From an uncultured virus (IMG/VR IMGVR_UViG_3300011258_000929) (lineage: Duplodnaviria > Heunggongvirae > Uroviricota > Caudoviricetes), in IMG/VR virus record IMGVR_UViG_3300011258_000929: a DNA stretch of 24,177 bases; one strand, 5' to 3'. The notes under the pieces were generated by a model. It was not told where the DNA came from and searched no databases. It saw only the letters and a program-made list of their open reading frames with translations. The translations under genes were made by a program, and so were the position numbers. How positions within the stretch are numbered: the first letter of the stretch is position 1; each line of letters begins with the position of its first letter. This document shows positions 16,845 through 24,177 of this stretch, piece by piece.

Positions 16845-17765
16845 ATGAATGAATATGAAACCGAAATAAAAAGCATGAAAGAATACACATATCAGTGGAT
16901 GCCGGAAAACTACAGTGACCCGACAGAACCTATATTGAAAATAACAAAGTCCTCTTTAGGAACATTCGATTGGTGTCCTAAAAAATATGATTTTAGTTAT
17001 CAACAGCGTTTGCCTCAAGACCAAACAGAAGCAATGCGTAAAGGAACTATAATGCACAACGCTAGAGAAGACTTTTTCAATGACTTTGACATTAAGAAGG
17101 CCGAGACAATGACAGAAGAAGAGATATTAGATTATTGCTCTAGCCTGTTTCCTATAGACGACTATGCCGAAGACTACCAAACCATTGCTGTTTTTGAATC
17201 GCAACGATTTATTGATGCAGTAGCGGAAAACAAAACACATGAATATTTGCCGGTTTGCAATGAAGGTAAGTTTGATTGCGAGGTGACTATTCCTCAAGGC
17301 CCATACAAAGGTGGTGCATGGAATAACTATGAAGAGTTTAGTTTGAGCCGTGATTATGTAGTACACCTACAAGGAATCATTGATAGAATATTTCAAGAAG
17401 ACAACGGCTACATTCCTATGGAGTTTAAGACTGGCCCTTGGAAAGACTACAAGGCGACAGGTATGAGAAAAGAAATGGCTTTCTACAAAATACTGATAGA
17501 CAATGCTAGTGATTTGGTGTTGCGTAATGCAGGTCTTGAACCGAATGTGCCTGTAAGTCATTGGTCTTGGTACTATCCAATATCAAATCATATACATTGC
17601 GAGCCTTCTAAGAAAAGGAATGAGACTTCTGTAATGAATAATATTGCTAGGCTTATTCATGCTTATGAACAGAAACTTTTTGAAACTAAGTTCTACTACA
17701 AAACATGCGCCCACTGTTCTTACTTTGGACTATGTGATGCGGCTGATGAAAATACATGGTTGTGA
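16845..17765 (+). CDS. Cas4-like PD-(D/E)XK nuclease with probable Fe-S cluster
   Basis: N-terminal WCPKK, GTIMH, GIIDRI, EFKTG, C-terminal CAHCSYFGLC. Confidence 0.85.
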   Translation: MNEYETEIKSMKEYTYQWMPENYSDPTEPILKITKSSLGTFDWCPKKYDFSYQQRLPQDQTEAMRKGTIMHNAREDFFNDFDIKKAETMTEEEILDYCSSLFPIDDYAEDYQTIAVFESQRFIDAVAENKTHEYLPVCNEGKFDCEVTIPQGPYKGGAWNNYEEFSLSRDYVVHLQGIIDRIFQEDNGYIPMEFKTGPWKDYKATGMRKEMAFYKILIDNASDLVLRNAGLEPNVPVSHWSWYYPISNHIHCEPSKKRNETSVMNNIARLIHAYEQKLFETKFYYKTCAHCSYFGLCDAADENTWL

Positions 17766-17769
17766 TTTT

Positions 17770-17898
17770 ATGGATAGTCTACATAGAATCGCTAAAGACG
17801 CTATAACAATTTTATTGCACCTTGGTAATTATGACGAAGAAATTAAAGGCTATGCCGAAGCCCTATTAAATAGATTTGAGGCGGTTAAATATGAATAG
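17770..17898 (+). CDS. 42-aa hypothetical protein
   Basis: MDSLHRIAKDAITILLHLG...; fills the space between coupled genes. Confidence 0.55.
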   Translation: MDSLHRIAKDAITILLHLGNYDEEIKGYAEALLNRFEAVKYE

Positions 17899-18280
17899 AA
17901 AAATTATTGAAGCACTGGTTAAATCTAGAACATGGTCTTTTGCTGAAATAAGCAATATGAAAATAACTATATCTAATCTATGTGATGAAATATATAACGA
18001 TTCTAAACTAATTGATAGGTTTGAAATGATTCGTGAAGTTAAAATTAATGAGCGATTTGTTGGATATACTTTTGAAGACAGCATTAGAGAAGCCACTAAA
18101 ATAAAACTTAGTGGTGAAATAGCAGAAGTCATAACAGAAATGTTGGGCGAAGCAACAATAAGTTTTGGTAATGAAAATAATGGAGGAAATGAAAATGAAA
18201 TATCCGAGAGAAGTGTGGGCGGGGAGTCACATAAAGAACGCTCCACAGATGAAAAGAAAAATAGTAAGAACAAAAAGTGA
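17891..18280 (+). CDS. hypothetical protein
   Basis: ATG after GAGG RBS; low-complexity tail overlaps the primase start. Confidence 0.65.
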   Translation: MNRKIIEALVKSRTWSFAEISNMKITISNLCDEIYNDSKLIDRFEMIREVKINERFVGYTFEDSIREATKIKLSGEIAEVITEMLGEATISFGNENNGGNENEISERSVGGESHKERSTDEKKNSKNKK

Positions 18281-19241
18281 ATATGTTGAGTTCATCAAAA
18301 CTCAAAATAATAGGACTAATGTTTACACTACTGTTTATGATTTTGAACTGTTTGCTGAAACAGCAAAGGTAGAGTCATCAGTAGTGCATGACCGTATTTT
18401 TTTCGATTTTGATGCACATGAAGAAGACATAGAACCGGCACTAAATGATTTGAAAATAGTGTTGGACTATGTAAGTAACTACCAACATACTATTTTCTTT
18501 TCGGGGAGAGGGTTTCATCTCTTTGTTTTCGGAGAAGTGTCCGACAGCATTAGAGGAATACAGGCTTTCTTTAGAGAAGTAAAGAGTCACTTAGATTCTA
18601 AGGTAGGTAATAAAAACTCACTGGATGAAAGAGTAGGACAAATAACGAGATTGCGTAGAGTACCGAATACTGTAAATCTCGCTAGTGATAACGGTAAAGG
18701 AATACCTTATTATTGCATACCTATTTTTGATGAAGACCTAGAATTAGGATTAGAACACATACTGAAAACTGCCATGTCACCTAGGCTTATACCTAGACGA
18801 GTGGCAGGTAGTGATTTAGTTTCTTGGCCCGACATGCCCCCTATTGAAGTAGTGGGTGACGAAGTAAAGCCTGTTAATGTAGAGGGTAGACTACCGATTC
18901 TACCATGTCTATACAATGCAATTATGGTTGAAAACCCATCACACATGGCTAGAGTATATTTGGTATCATGGTATCGAGATTTACTTTCTCAAAGACAAGA
19001 CCTATCTACCAAGGAAAATAAAGAAAAAGTCTTGAATACTATTGTTGATGAGATTGAAAAGTTGGTAGAATCATCCGACGAGGTATGGCTAGATTGGGAT
19101 AAAGAAACTACAAGAAAACACGCTAGGTTTACAGTATTTGGTAATTACAATGCTCCAAACTGTAAAACAAAATTGATACCCGAAGGGTATTGCGTCGGTA
19201 AATGTTGGCGTTACCCCGACTACTTAGATAAGGAGGAATAA
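18189..19241 (+). CDS. archaeo-eukaryotic primase: PriS catalytic domain fused to a PriL-C-terminal-like domain (start 18189 or 18195)
   Basis: FFDFD, SGRGFH, RLRRVPNT; C-terminal LPC...H..R...PNC...YCVGKC. Confidence 0.85.
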   Translation: MKMKYPREVWAGSHIKNAPQMKRKIVRTKSEYVEFIKTQNNRTNVYTTVYDFELFAETAKVESSVVHDRIFFDFDAHEEDIEPALNDLKIVLDYVSNYQHTIFFSGRGFHLFVFGEVSDSIRGIQAFFREVKSHLDSKVGNKNSLDERVGQITRLRRVPNTVNLASDNGKGIPYYCIPIFDEDLELGLEHILKTAMSPRLIPRRVAGSDLVSWPDMPPIEVVGDEVKPVNVEGRLPILPCLYNAIMVENPSHMARVYLVSWYRDLLSQRQDLSTKENKEKVLNTIVDEIEKLVESSDEVWLDWDKETTRKHARFTVFGNYNAPNCKTKLIPEGYCVGKCWRYPDYLDKEE

Positions 19242-19243
19242 AA

Positions 19244-19588
19244 ATGAAAAAATACAATGAAAAGGTATGGAATGAAATGATAACTGGCCCGTCTTATTTT
19301 GACGACGATTTGGACTCTACTTTTGTAGAGGCATCAACTTTAATTTCGGATGAAGGATGGGAAGTTAAAATAGAAGGAAGAAAGGTATATTGGAAGTATC
19401 AAGAGTTTATCATGGGTGTCTTTACATTCAAACCTAAAACATGGGAATCCGAAGGGAATGAGTTTCCGCAAGAGTGGCCTAAATGGTTGATATTTAGATT
19501 CATAGGCTATGTTTGGGGATATTATAAAATAGACAATGCAAAGGAATTGAAGTCACTAGTGGAGTGGGCCGACAATGCTAATAATTGA
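19244..19588 (+). CDS. hypothetical Trp-rich protein
   Basis: 114-aa ORF, GGAGG RBS. Confidence 0.65.
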   Translation: MKKYNEKVWNEMITGPSYFDDDLDSTFVEASTLISDEGWEVKIEGRKVYWKYQEFIMGVFTFKPKTWESEGNEFPQEWPKWLIFRFIGYVWGYYKIDNAKELKSLVEWADNANN

Positions 19589-20270
19589 CAGTCGAGAAAA
19601 GAAAGGTTCTAAACTTGTTGAACTAGTAGAGTCAAAGGCTAGAGCATTAGCAATACCAATGGAAAAGAAATGGATAGAAGTTGGTGATTATGTCTATGAT
19701 GATGTTTGCTTTGAGGCTAAGTCTTCTATAGACTTCTTAGGCTCGGTACTTTCTAAGAGAATATGGACTCAAATTGATAACATGGATAGGCACTACAAGA
19801 CTAATGTAGTAATTATTTACGGAACGATAAAGGAAGCAATAGACGCAGTAATAGACAATTCTTATTCTAAACTACCCAATGCTTCTAGAAGAGTAATGCT
19901 AAACAATAAGTTTCTTGGGGCTATTGGTAGAATTACTCTAGATACTGATGTAAAGGCTTTTTGGACTCCGACAGAAAAAGAAGCCGCACTAATAATTACA
20001 TCTGTTTGTAAAATGAAACCTATGTCTAGAGATGTAATTAGACCACAGGTAATAAAAAGAATATCAACAGATGACCTAAGAATAGATGTCTTAACAAGCA
20101 TCAAAGGAATATCGGTGAAAAAAGCCAAGGCTCTCTTGAAGAAGTTTGGCTCTATTGCCGAAATTGCACACACTCCCGCTAATGAAATAAACAGCATAGA
20201 TGGCATAGGGCCGACCATCTCTAGCAGGGTTTTAGAGGTTCTAAACACAGAAAATAAGGTGAAAATATGA
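19575..20270 (+). CDS. ERCC4/XPF-family structure-specific nuclease with tandem HhH
   Basis: IIDSRE, GDY, EAKSSIDF (ERKxxxD variant); HhH motifs IKGIS and IDGIG. Confidence 0.88.
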   Translation: MLIIDSREKKGSKLVELVESKARALAIPMEKKWIEVGDYVYDDVCFEAKSSIDFLGSVLSKRIWTQIDNMDRHYKTNVVIIYGTIKEAIDAVIDNSYSKLPNASRRVMLNNKFLGAIGRITLDTDVKAFWTPTEKEAALIITSVCKMKPMSRDVIRPQVIKRISTDDLRIDVLTSIKGISVKKAKALLKKFGSIAEIAHTPANEINSIDGIGPTISSRVLEVLNTENKVKI

Positions 20271-21775
20271 ATGAAAATATAGATGATGACTGGATGACTA
20301 CAGATGAATATGATGACAGTATTCTAGATGAAATGCCAATAGAAGAAAAAACAGAAATAGTAAAGGGAGATAAACTACCGGAACTATTAGAAGGATGGGT
20401 TAAGGAAGCAACAAATGTTTCTCACTACAATGATATTCCCGCCGCTATGACGGGCTTAGTTATATTAGGACAAGCAATCAAGGAGTTTGTAAGAATACCA
20501 ATTAAGGCTTCGATAGTAGATAGTAGAATACACTTTGTTTGGATTCAAACTTCGGGAACTGGAAAAAGTGAACTGATGAACTTTGTAATACCCGTTTCGG
20601 AAAAACTTTGGGATAAAATTAATGCCTTAGAAGGATATAGACCAAACGAACAAATAGAATCACATGAGAAACTTGAGAGGTTTGATAATTTTGATGTAGT
20701 CGAATACACAGATGCCGCCCTTATTGGGTATCAAAAGCAAATTATTCTAAGGGATGCTGATGAAGACCAAGGGCTTGAAGCAGGAGACATTGATTGGGAA
20801 GCAGTAAAGGGTTCTCTAGACGGACACGGACTAGCCCGTTGGGATGAGTTTACAAACGCAGGTGTTTTCAAGCAATCTCAACATAAAGAGAGTGTAGTTA
20901 CATACCTAAATACTCTAATGAATCCAATAGGGGGTTCTTCTCAAATAATTACTAAGAAATTAAAAGAAGGCCCAAAGGTATTTTGCCACTCCGAGCGTTC
21001 TGTACTAGCCACTACCTTTCCTCCCGAAAATTTAGACAAAGCAATCACTGAAACAGGTTTATTTCAAAGAGCAGTATTGTATATTTGGGAAGTACCCGAA
21101 CATATCAAGGATGAGATTGATGACATGGTTACTGATAACTTCGGTGTCTTTGAAGACATCAACTTACCAATTGATAAATACACAGATGGTTTCTTTGAAA
21201 TATATAAACTAACTAAGGCTAGATATCTAGAAGTCGGTGAAGAAGCAACTAAAACAATTAGGTATTCTAAGGCATTTAAAGAAGCCTTACATTTGAGAAA
21301 AAGAGATTTGAGGAGAATGGTTTCGGAAGAAGAGGGCGTGATTAGAGATACTGCTAGAACCTTTATGACTAGGCTTCTAATTATGATGGGGAAAATATCC
21401 GTACTTTGTTGTGTAGCCGAATCCAAGGACATAAAAGACCCAAGTAAAAGGTTTATAGTAAGTGCTAGAAATGTGAATCAAGCCTCTTTTATTATCCGCA
21501 ACTGCTATAAATCATTGATTGGGTGGTTCATACATAGCCTTAAGGTGCGAAAGTCGGACTTGGTTAAAAACGGAAAGGGTGCGCTGTTCTTAAAAATCTA
21601 TAATGAATTAAAGGATAAGGAAGGATGGGCAACTAAAACAGAACTTTTTGAAAGAGTAAAGAAGGATGGGAGAATTGGGAAAAGTCAAATATATGCTCAC
21701 TTCAAACCAATACAAAACCATTTTGAAATTAGAAAGGAAGGAAAAACCGCATACTTAAGACTAAAAGGTGAATGA
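20267..21775 (+). CDS. MCM-like AAA+ helicase lacking the N-terminal domain
   Basis: RIHFVWIQTSGTGKSEL, WEAVKGSL...WDEF, SVLATTFP, LFQRA and TRLL parallel MCM motifs in order; C-terminal winged-helix-like region. Confidence 0.7.
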   Translation: MNENIDDDWMTTDEYDDSILDEMPIEEKTEIVKGDKLPELLEGWVKEATNVSHYNDIPAAMTGLVILGQAIKEFVRIPIKASIVDSRIHFVWIQTSGTGKSELMNFVIPVSEKLWDKINALEGYRPNEQIESHEKLERFDNFDVVEYTDAALIGYQKQIILRDADEDQGLEAGDIDWEAVKGSLDGHGLARWDEFTNAGVFKQSQHKESVVTYLNTLMNPIGGSSQIITKKLKEGPKVFCHSERSVLATTFPPENLDKAITETGLFQRAVLYIWEVPEHIKDEIDDMVTDNFGVFEDINLPIDKYTDGFFEIYKLTKARYLEVGEEATKTIRYSKAFKEALHLRKRDLRRMVSEEEGVIRDTARTFMTRLLIMMGKISVLCCVAESKDIKDPSKRFIVSARNVNQASFIIRNCYKSLIGWFIHSLKVRKSDLVKNGKGALFLKIYNELKDKEGWATKTELFERVKKDGRIGKSQIYAHFKPIQNHFEIRKEGKTAYLRLKGE

Positions 21776-21776
21776 A

Positions 21777-22010
21777 ATGATAACATGGGAAAATACATTT
21801 ATAGTGTTTGATGTAACGAAAGGGCCGAAAGTAATTATTGAAACTCTCAATACTTACGGTGAAGAAGGATGGGAATGTGCGAGTATGCTCACTGTAGCAA
21901 ACACGAACATTGTCGCCTTTCTAAAGCGAAAGCAGGGTGAAGAACCTAAAGGCAACGACGAAGCAGAAGAGATTAGTAAATTGTGGGCCACAAATGGTAA
22001 AGGAAAGTGA
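21777..22010 (+). CDS. DUF4177-like small protein
   Basis: LNTYGEEGWECASM...FLKR; AGGTGA RBS. Confidence 0.7.
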   Translation: MITWENTFIVFDVTKGPKVIIETLNTYGEEGWECASMLTVANTNIVAFLKRKQGEEPKGNDEAEEISKLWATNGKGK

Positions 22011-22014
22011 TTAC

Positions 22015-22608
22015 ATGAATGTAATGGCTTTGGATATTGAAACCAAGAATATGTCGCATGAAATAGGCGGCTTTGGTAATACCCACATGTTTCAAGTATC
22101 AACAGTTGCAACATGGGATGGTAATGTTGGAACAGTATATGTTGATGAGCCGGTAAACACTTTTGGAAAAAGCGGTCACATAGTTAAATCATTAAGTGAT
22201 TTAAAATATGATTTAGATGAACACTTTGAGAAGGGTGGAGTAATATTAGGACATAACATTGTTTCCTTTGACCTACCCATATTAAAAAACTCAATGGATA
22301 TCTACTGTATTAGAAAGTACTTAGATGAGAAGAGGTATATTGACACTAGCCGACTATTGACGGCAGGTCATGGCGAGAGATTTAGGCTACAAAATCTAGG
22401 TGAAAATACGCTCAAACAGGATAAACTAATGGATAGTGCTGATGCACCTAAACTTTGGAAAATGGGCCGCTATGACGAAGTAGTAGAGTATTGTTTGAAA
22501 GACACTCAAATCGTTTATGACCTTTGGAAGTATGGTAAAGACAACGGTATTGTAAAGGCGTTTTCGATTGAGAAAGAAGAATTTGTAGAATTGGAGGTAG
22601 ATTGGTAA
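22015..22608 (+). CDS. DEDD (RNase H-like) 3'-5' exonuclease
   Basis: ExoI LDIET, ExoII GHNIVSFD, ExoIII YCLKD. Confidence 0.88.
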   Translation: MNVMALDIETKNMSHEIGGFGNTHMFQVSTVATWDGNVGTVYVDEPVNTFGKSGHIVKSLSDLKYDLDEHFEKGGVILGHNIVSFDLPILKNSMDIYCIRKYLDEKRYIDTSRLLTAGHGERFRLQNLGENTLKQDKLMDSADAPKLWKMGRYDEVVEYCLKDTQIVYDLWKYGKDNGIVKAFSIEKEEFVELEVDW

Positions 22609-22760
22609 TGGAAACTATGGATTGGTTTGGACTTTTGTTCTTTATTATAATAGTCACATTGTTGTTCTTTGCCGCTTTTGGAGGGTCTAATTTGACCGAC
22701 CAAAGCGTAGAAGAATATATGAAGAGATTAATGAAAGAAGCCCAAGATGAAAATAAATGA
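22608..22760 (+). CDS. 50-aa single-pass membrane protein
   Basis: METMDWFGLLFFIIIVTLLFFAAFGGSNLTDQSVEEYMKRLMKEAQDENK*; GGAGGT RBS. Confidence 0.7.
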   Translation: METMDWFGLLFFIIIVTLLFFAAFGGSNLTDQSVEEYMKRLMKEAQDENK

Positions 22761-22888
22761 CTTTAAGACAAGAATGTGTAGATTGTGGTGAATCTACAAT
22801 AGCCCTTAGAATACAAGGGTTTTACATAGGCTCTTCAAAAAAAGTCAAACTTTGGGAATGTAGAAACTGCGGTAATATTTGGAAGTAA
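22757..22888 (+). CDS. 43-aa TFS/TFIIS-C-like zinc ribbon
   Basis: MTLRQECVDCGESTIALRIQGFYIGSSKKVKLWECRNCGNIWK*; C-x2-C-x24-C-x2-C-G-x2-W. Confidence 0.7.
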   Translation: MTLRQECVDCGESTIALRIQGFYIGSSKKVKLWECRNCGNIWK

Positions 22889-22890
22889 TT

Positions 22891-22957
22891 AGGTCACTCG
22901 ACTTCACCCCTTAATTGGGCGTGAAATCGGGTGGCCTTTTTTTTATGGCGTTTTTTT
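22891..22957 (+). terminator. long hairpin plus T8 (and a second T7) terminator
   Basis: AGGTCACTCGA/TCGGGTGGCCT, TTCAC/GTGAA and CCC/GGG stems followed by TTTTTTTT, right after the last + strand gene. Confidence 0.8.
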
Positions 22958-22970
22958 CATCTATTATTTT

Positions 22971-23006
22971 AAAAAATAATAAAAAAAGAATTTTAAATTT
23001 CTTTTA
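22971..23006 (-). terminator. oligo-T terminator for the - strand operon
   Basis: A-tracts on + (T-tracts on -) with a weak AT inverted repeat, just after the last - strand ORF. Confidence 0.5.
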
Positions 23007-23009
23007 TTA

Positions 23010-23099
23010 CTAATCAAAGAAATCTGAAAAAAATAATAACCAAAGTAATGAAAAACCAATAAGACAACTAATAGTAAAAGCAAAAAATAAAGGAATCAT
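23010..23099 (-). CDS. 29-aa membrane microprotein
   Basis: MIPLFFAFTISCLIGFSLLWLLFFSDFFD*; GAGGTG RBS; TAATG coupling. Confidence 0.55.
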   Translation of the reverse strand: MIPLFFAFTISCLIGFSLLWLLFFSDFFD

Positions 23100-23206
23100 T
23101 AACCACACACCTCACACATTAAATAATGAACACTTGTCATAGCAATAGGAAAAGAAACTATTATTAATAATAATAGTGTTTTTGAAAACAATTCATTAAT
23201 ACTCAT
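23099..23206 (-). CDS. 35-aa membrane microprotein
   Basis: MSINELFSKTLLLLIIVSFPIAMTSVHYLMCEVCG*. Confidence 0.5.
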   Translation of the reverse strand: MSINELFSKTLLLLIIVSFPIAMTSVHYLMCEVCG

Positions 23207-23215
23207 AATATCACA

Positions 23216-24115
23216 TTAAAAAGTATATCTACAAACCTTTGGCCCAATATTACTGTCGAGTGCATCGGGGTGAACCGGCCCAATGAATAATTTTGTTCCA
23301 TCGGAGTTCCAATCAAAACCACCAATAAAAGTAGATGCCGTTGAAGAATATTGCCCTATATCATTATTAACACTCATTGAACGAGCAAATGAAGCGGTTG
23401 ATACATCAAAACCAGTGCTAAGGTCAAACTCGGCTAATTTAGGATGGTTTGCACTTCCCGAAGCAGGATTACCTGCCGAGTTTCTGTAAGAGATGAACAT
23501 TTTAGTCCCAGTAGGATTGAATCGAATACCAGTATAATTAATCATATTGTCTCCATCATCATCTGTCGTTCCACTTAAATTATTAGTTGTTTTACTACCG
23601 GCACTTAAATCCCATGCGGTGTTTAGAGTAAGCGTAATTACTGAACTACCATCTGCTACGAATAATTTAGTTCCTGTGTCATTAAATGCTAAACCCTGCG
23701 CCCCCGAACTATACAAAGAAGAATTTACAGTTTGAGTTGAACCAGTAGTAGTTCCAATGTCATACGCCGTTGAAAGAGCATAACGCACGATATTAGTAGA
23801 AGCATTTACTCCACCAATATAGATATAGTTTCCGCTATCGCCAAACACTAATGCTCTACTAGTATTGTTGCCTATACTAAGTGTATCATCTGCTGATGAA
23901 AAACTAGGAACTGCACTATCATCAAAATTGTATGACTTAATAGATGATGACGGATAATCTGCTAAAAGTAGTTCATCCGGCCCATTTACTAATTCAGTAA
24001 TGTTCAGACCAGTCGCCGCCCCATAATCGGAAAATGAAATACCATTTAAAGTATAAGCGGGTGTTGTAGCATTAGCCTCTTGTTCAGCACAAGAACCTGC
24101 AATAGCATTATACAT
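23216..24115 (-). CDS. beta-propeller repeat protein, probable virion tail or adhesin component
   Basis: Repeats LSTAYDI/LNTAWDL/LSTGFDV and F(N/W)xxGTK(L/M)F; Ser/Thr/Gly-rich; start moved to the ATG after AGGAG. Confidence 0.7.
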   Translation of the reverse strand: MYNAIAGSCAEQEANATTPAYTLNGISFSDYGAATGLNITELVNGPDELLLADYPSSSIKSYNFDDSAVPSFSSADDTLSIGNNTSRALVFGDSGNYIYIGGVNASTNIVRYALSTAYDIGTTTGSTQTVNSSLYSSGAQGLAFNDTGTKLFVADGSSVITLTLNTAWDLSAGSKTTNNLSGTTDDDGDNMINYTGIRFNPTGTKMFISYRNSAGNPASGSANHPKLAEFDLSTGFDVSTASFARSMSVNNDIGQYSSTASTFIGGFDWNSDGTKLFIGPVHPDALDSNIGPKVCRYTF

Positions 24116-24120
24116 TAAAA

Positions 24121-24177
24121 TCAAACTCCTAATGCAATCCAATTATTAGAACCTATGCCGATGCAAGTTACAGCATT
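24121..24177 (-). CDS. 3' end of an upstream, probably tail-fibre-like, gene
   Basis: ...NAVTCIGIGSNNWIALGV*, open to the window edge. Confidence 0.5.
   Translation of the reverse strand, partial: NAVTCIGIGSNNWIALGV

Noticed and set aside
16845..17765. CRISPR-Cas locus
   Set aside because: Solo Cas4-like nuclease; no cas1/cas2 and no repeat-spacer array seen
124..22703. Many - strand and alternative-frame ORFs in the track (e.g. 124-378, 1684-2055, 11135-11341, 19862-20248, 21064-21432)
   Set aside because: Shadows of well-supported + strand genes, with no recognisable motifs

Overview
This AT-rich window looks like part of a tailed dsDNA virus of marine Euryarchaeota. Gene content most resembles the magroviruses of Marine Group II/Poseidoniales; this is an inference, not a database match. 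Positions ~1-22890 form one dense, translationally coupled + strand block with archaeal GGAGG/GGTGA ribosome-binding sites. It encodes a JAMM/MPN+ metalloprotease, GroES/GroEL-type chaperonins, a PC4-like protein, ATP-dependent DNA ligase, a degenerate LAGLIDADG protein, two clamp-loader subunits, an RPA-like SSB, a Sak4-like ATPase and PCNA. It continues with a family B polymerase split into two genes ~2 kb apart, a Cas4-like nuclease, a PriS-PriL-type fused primase, an ERCC4 nuclease, an MCM-like ATPase lacking the N-terminal domain and a DEDD exonuclease. The block ends in a hairpin plus T8 terminator facing a convergent - strand, probably structural, operon. Most notable observations: (1) accessory genes bracketed by direct repeats made of the RBS/stop/start junction itself, suggesting cassette gain and loss without disrupting translational coupling; (2) the gap between the PolB halves is filled with such cargo; (3) a three-hairpin pseudoknot/T-loop element after the SSB gene; (4) an intact JAMM protease; (5) a stand-alone TFS-like zinc ribbon with lysines instead of the catalytic acidic pair. 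An assembly gap (N, 13889-13965) hides the end of the first PolB gene.
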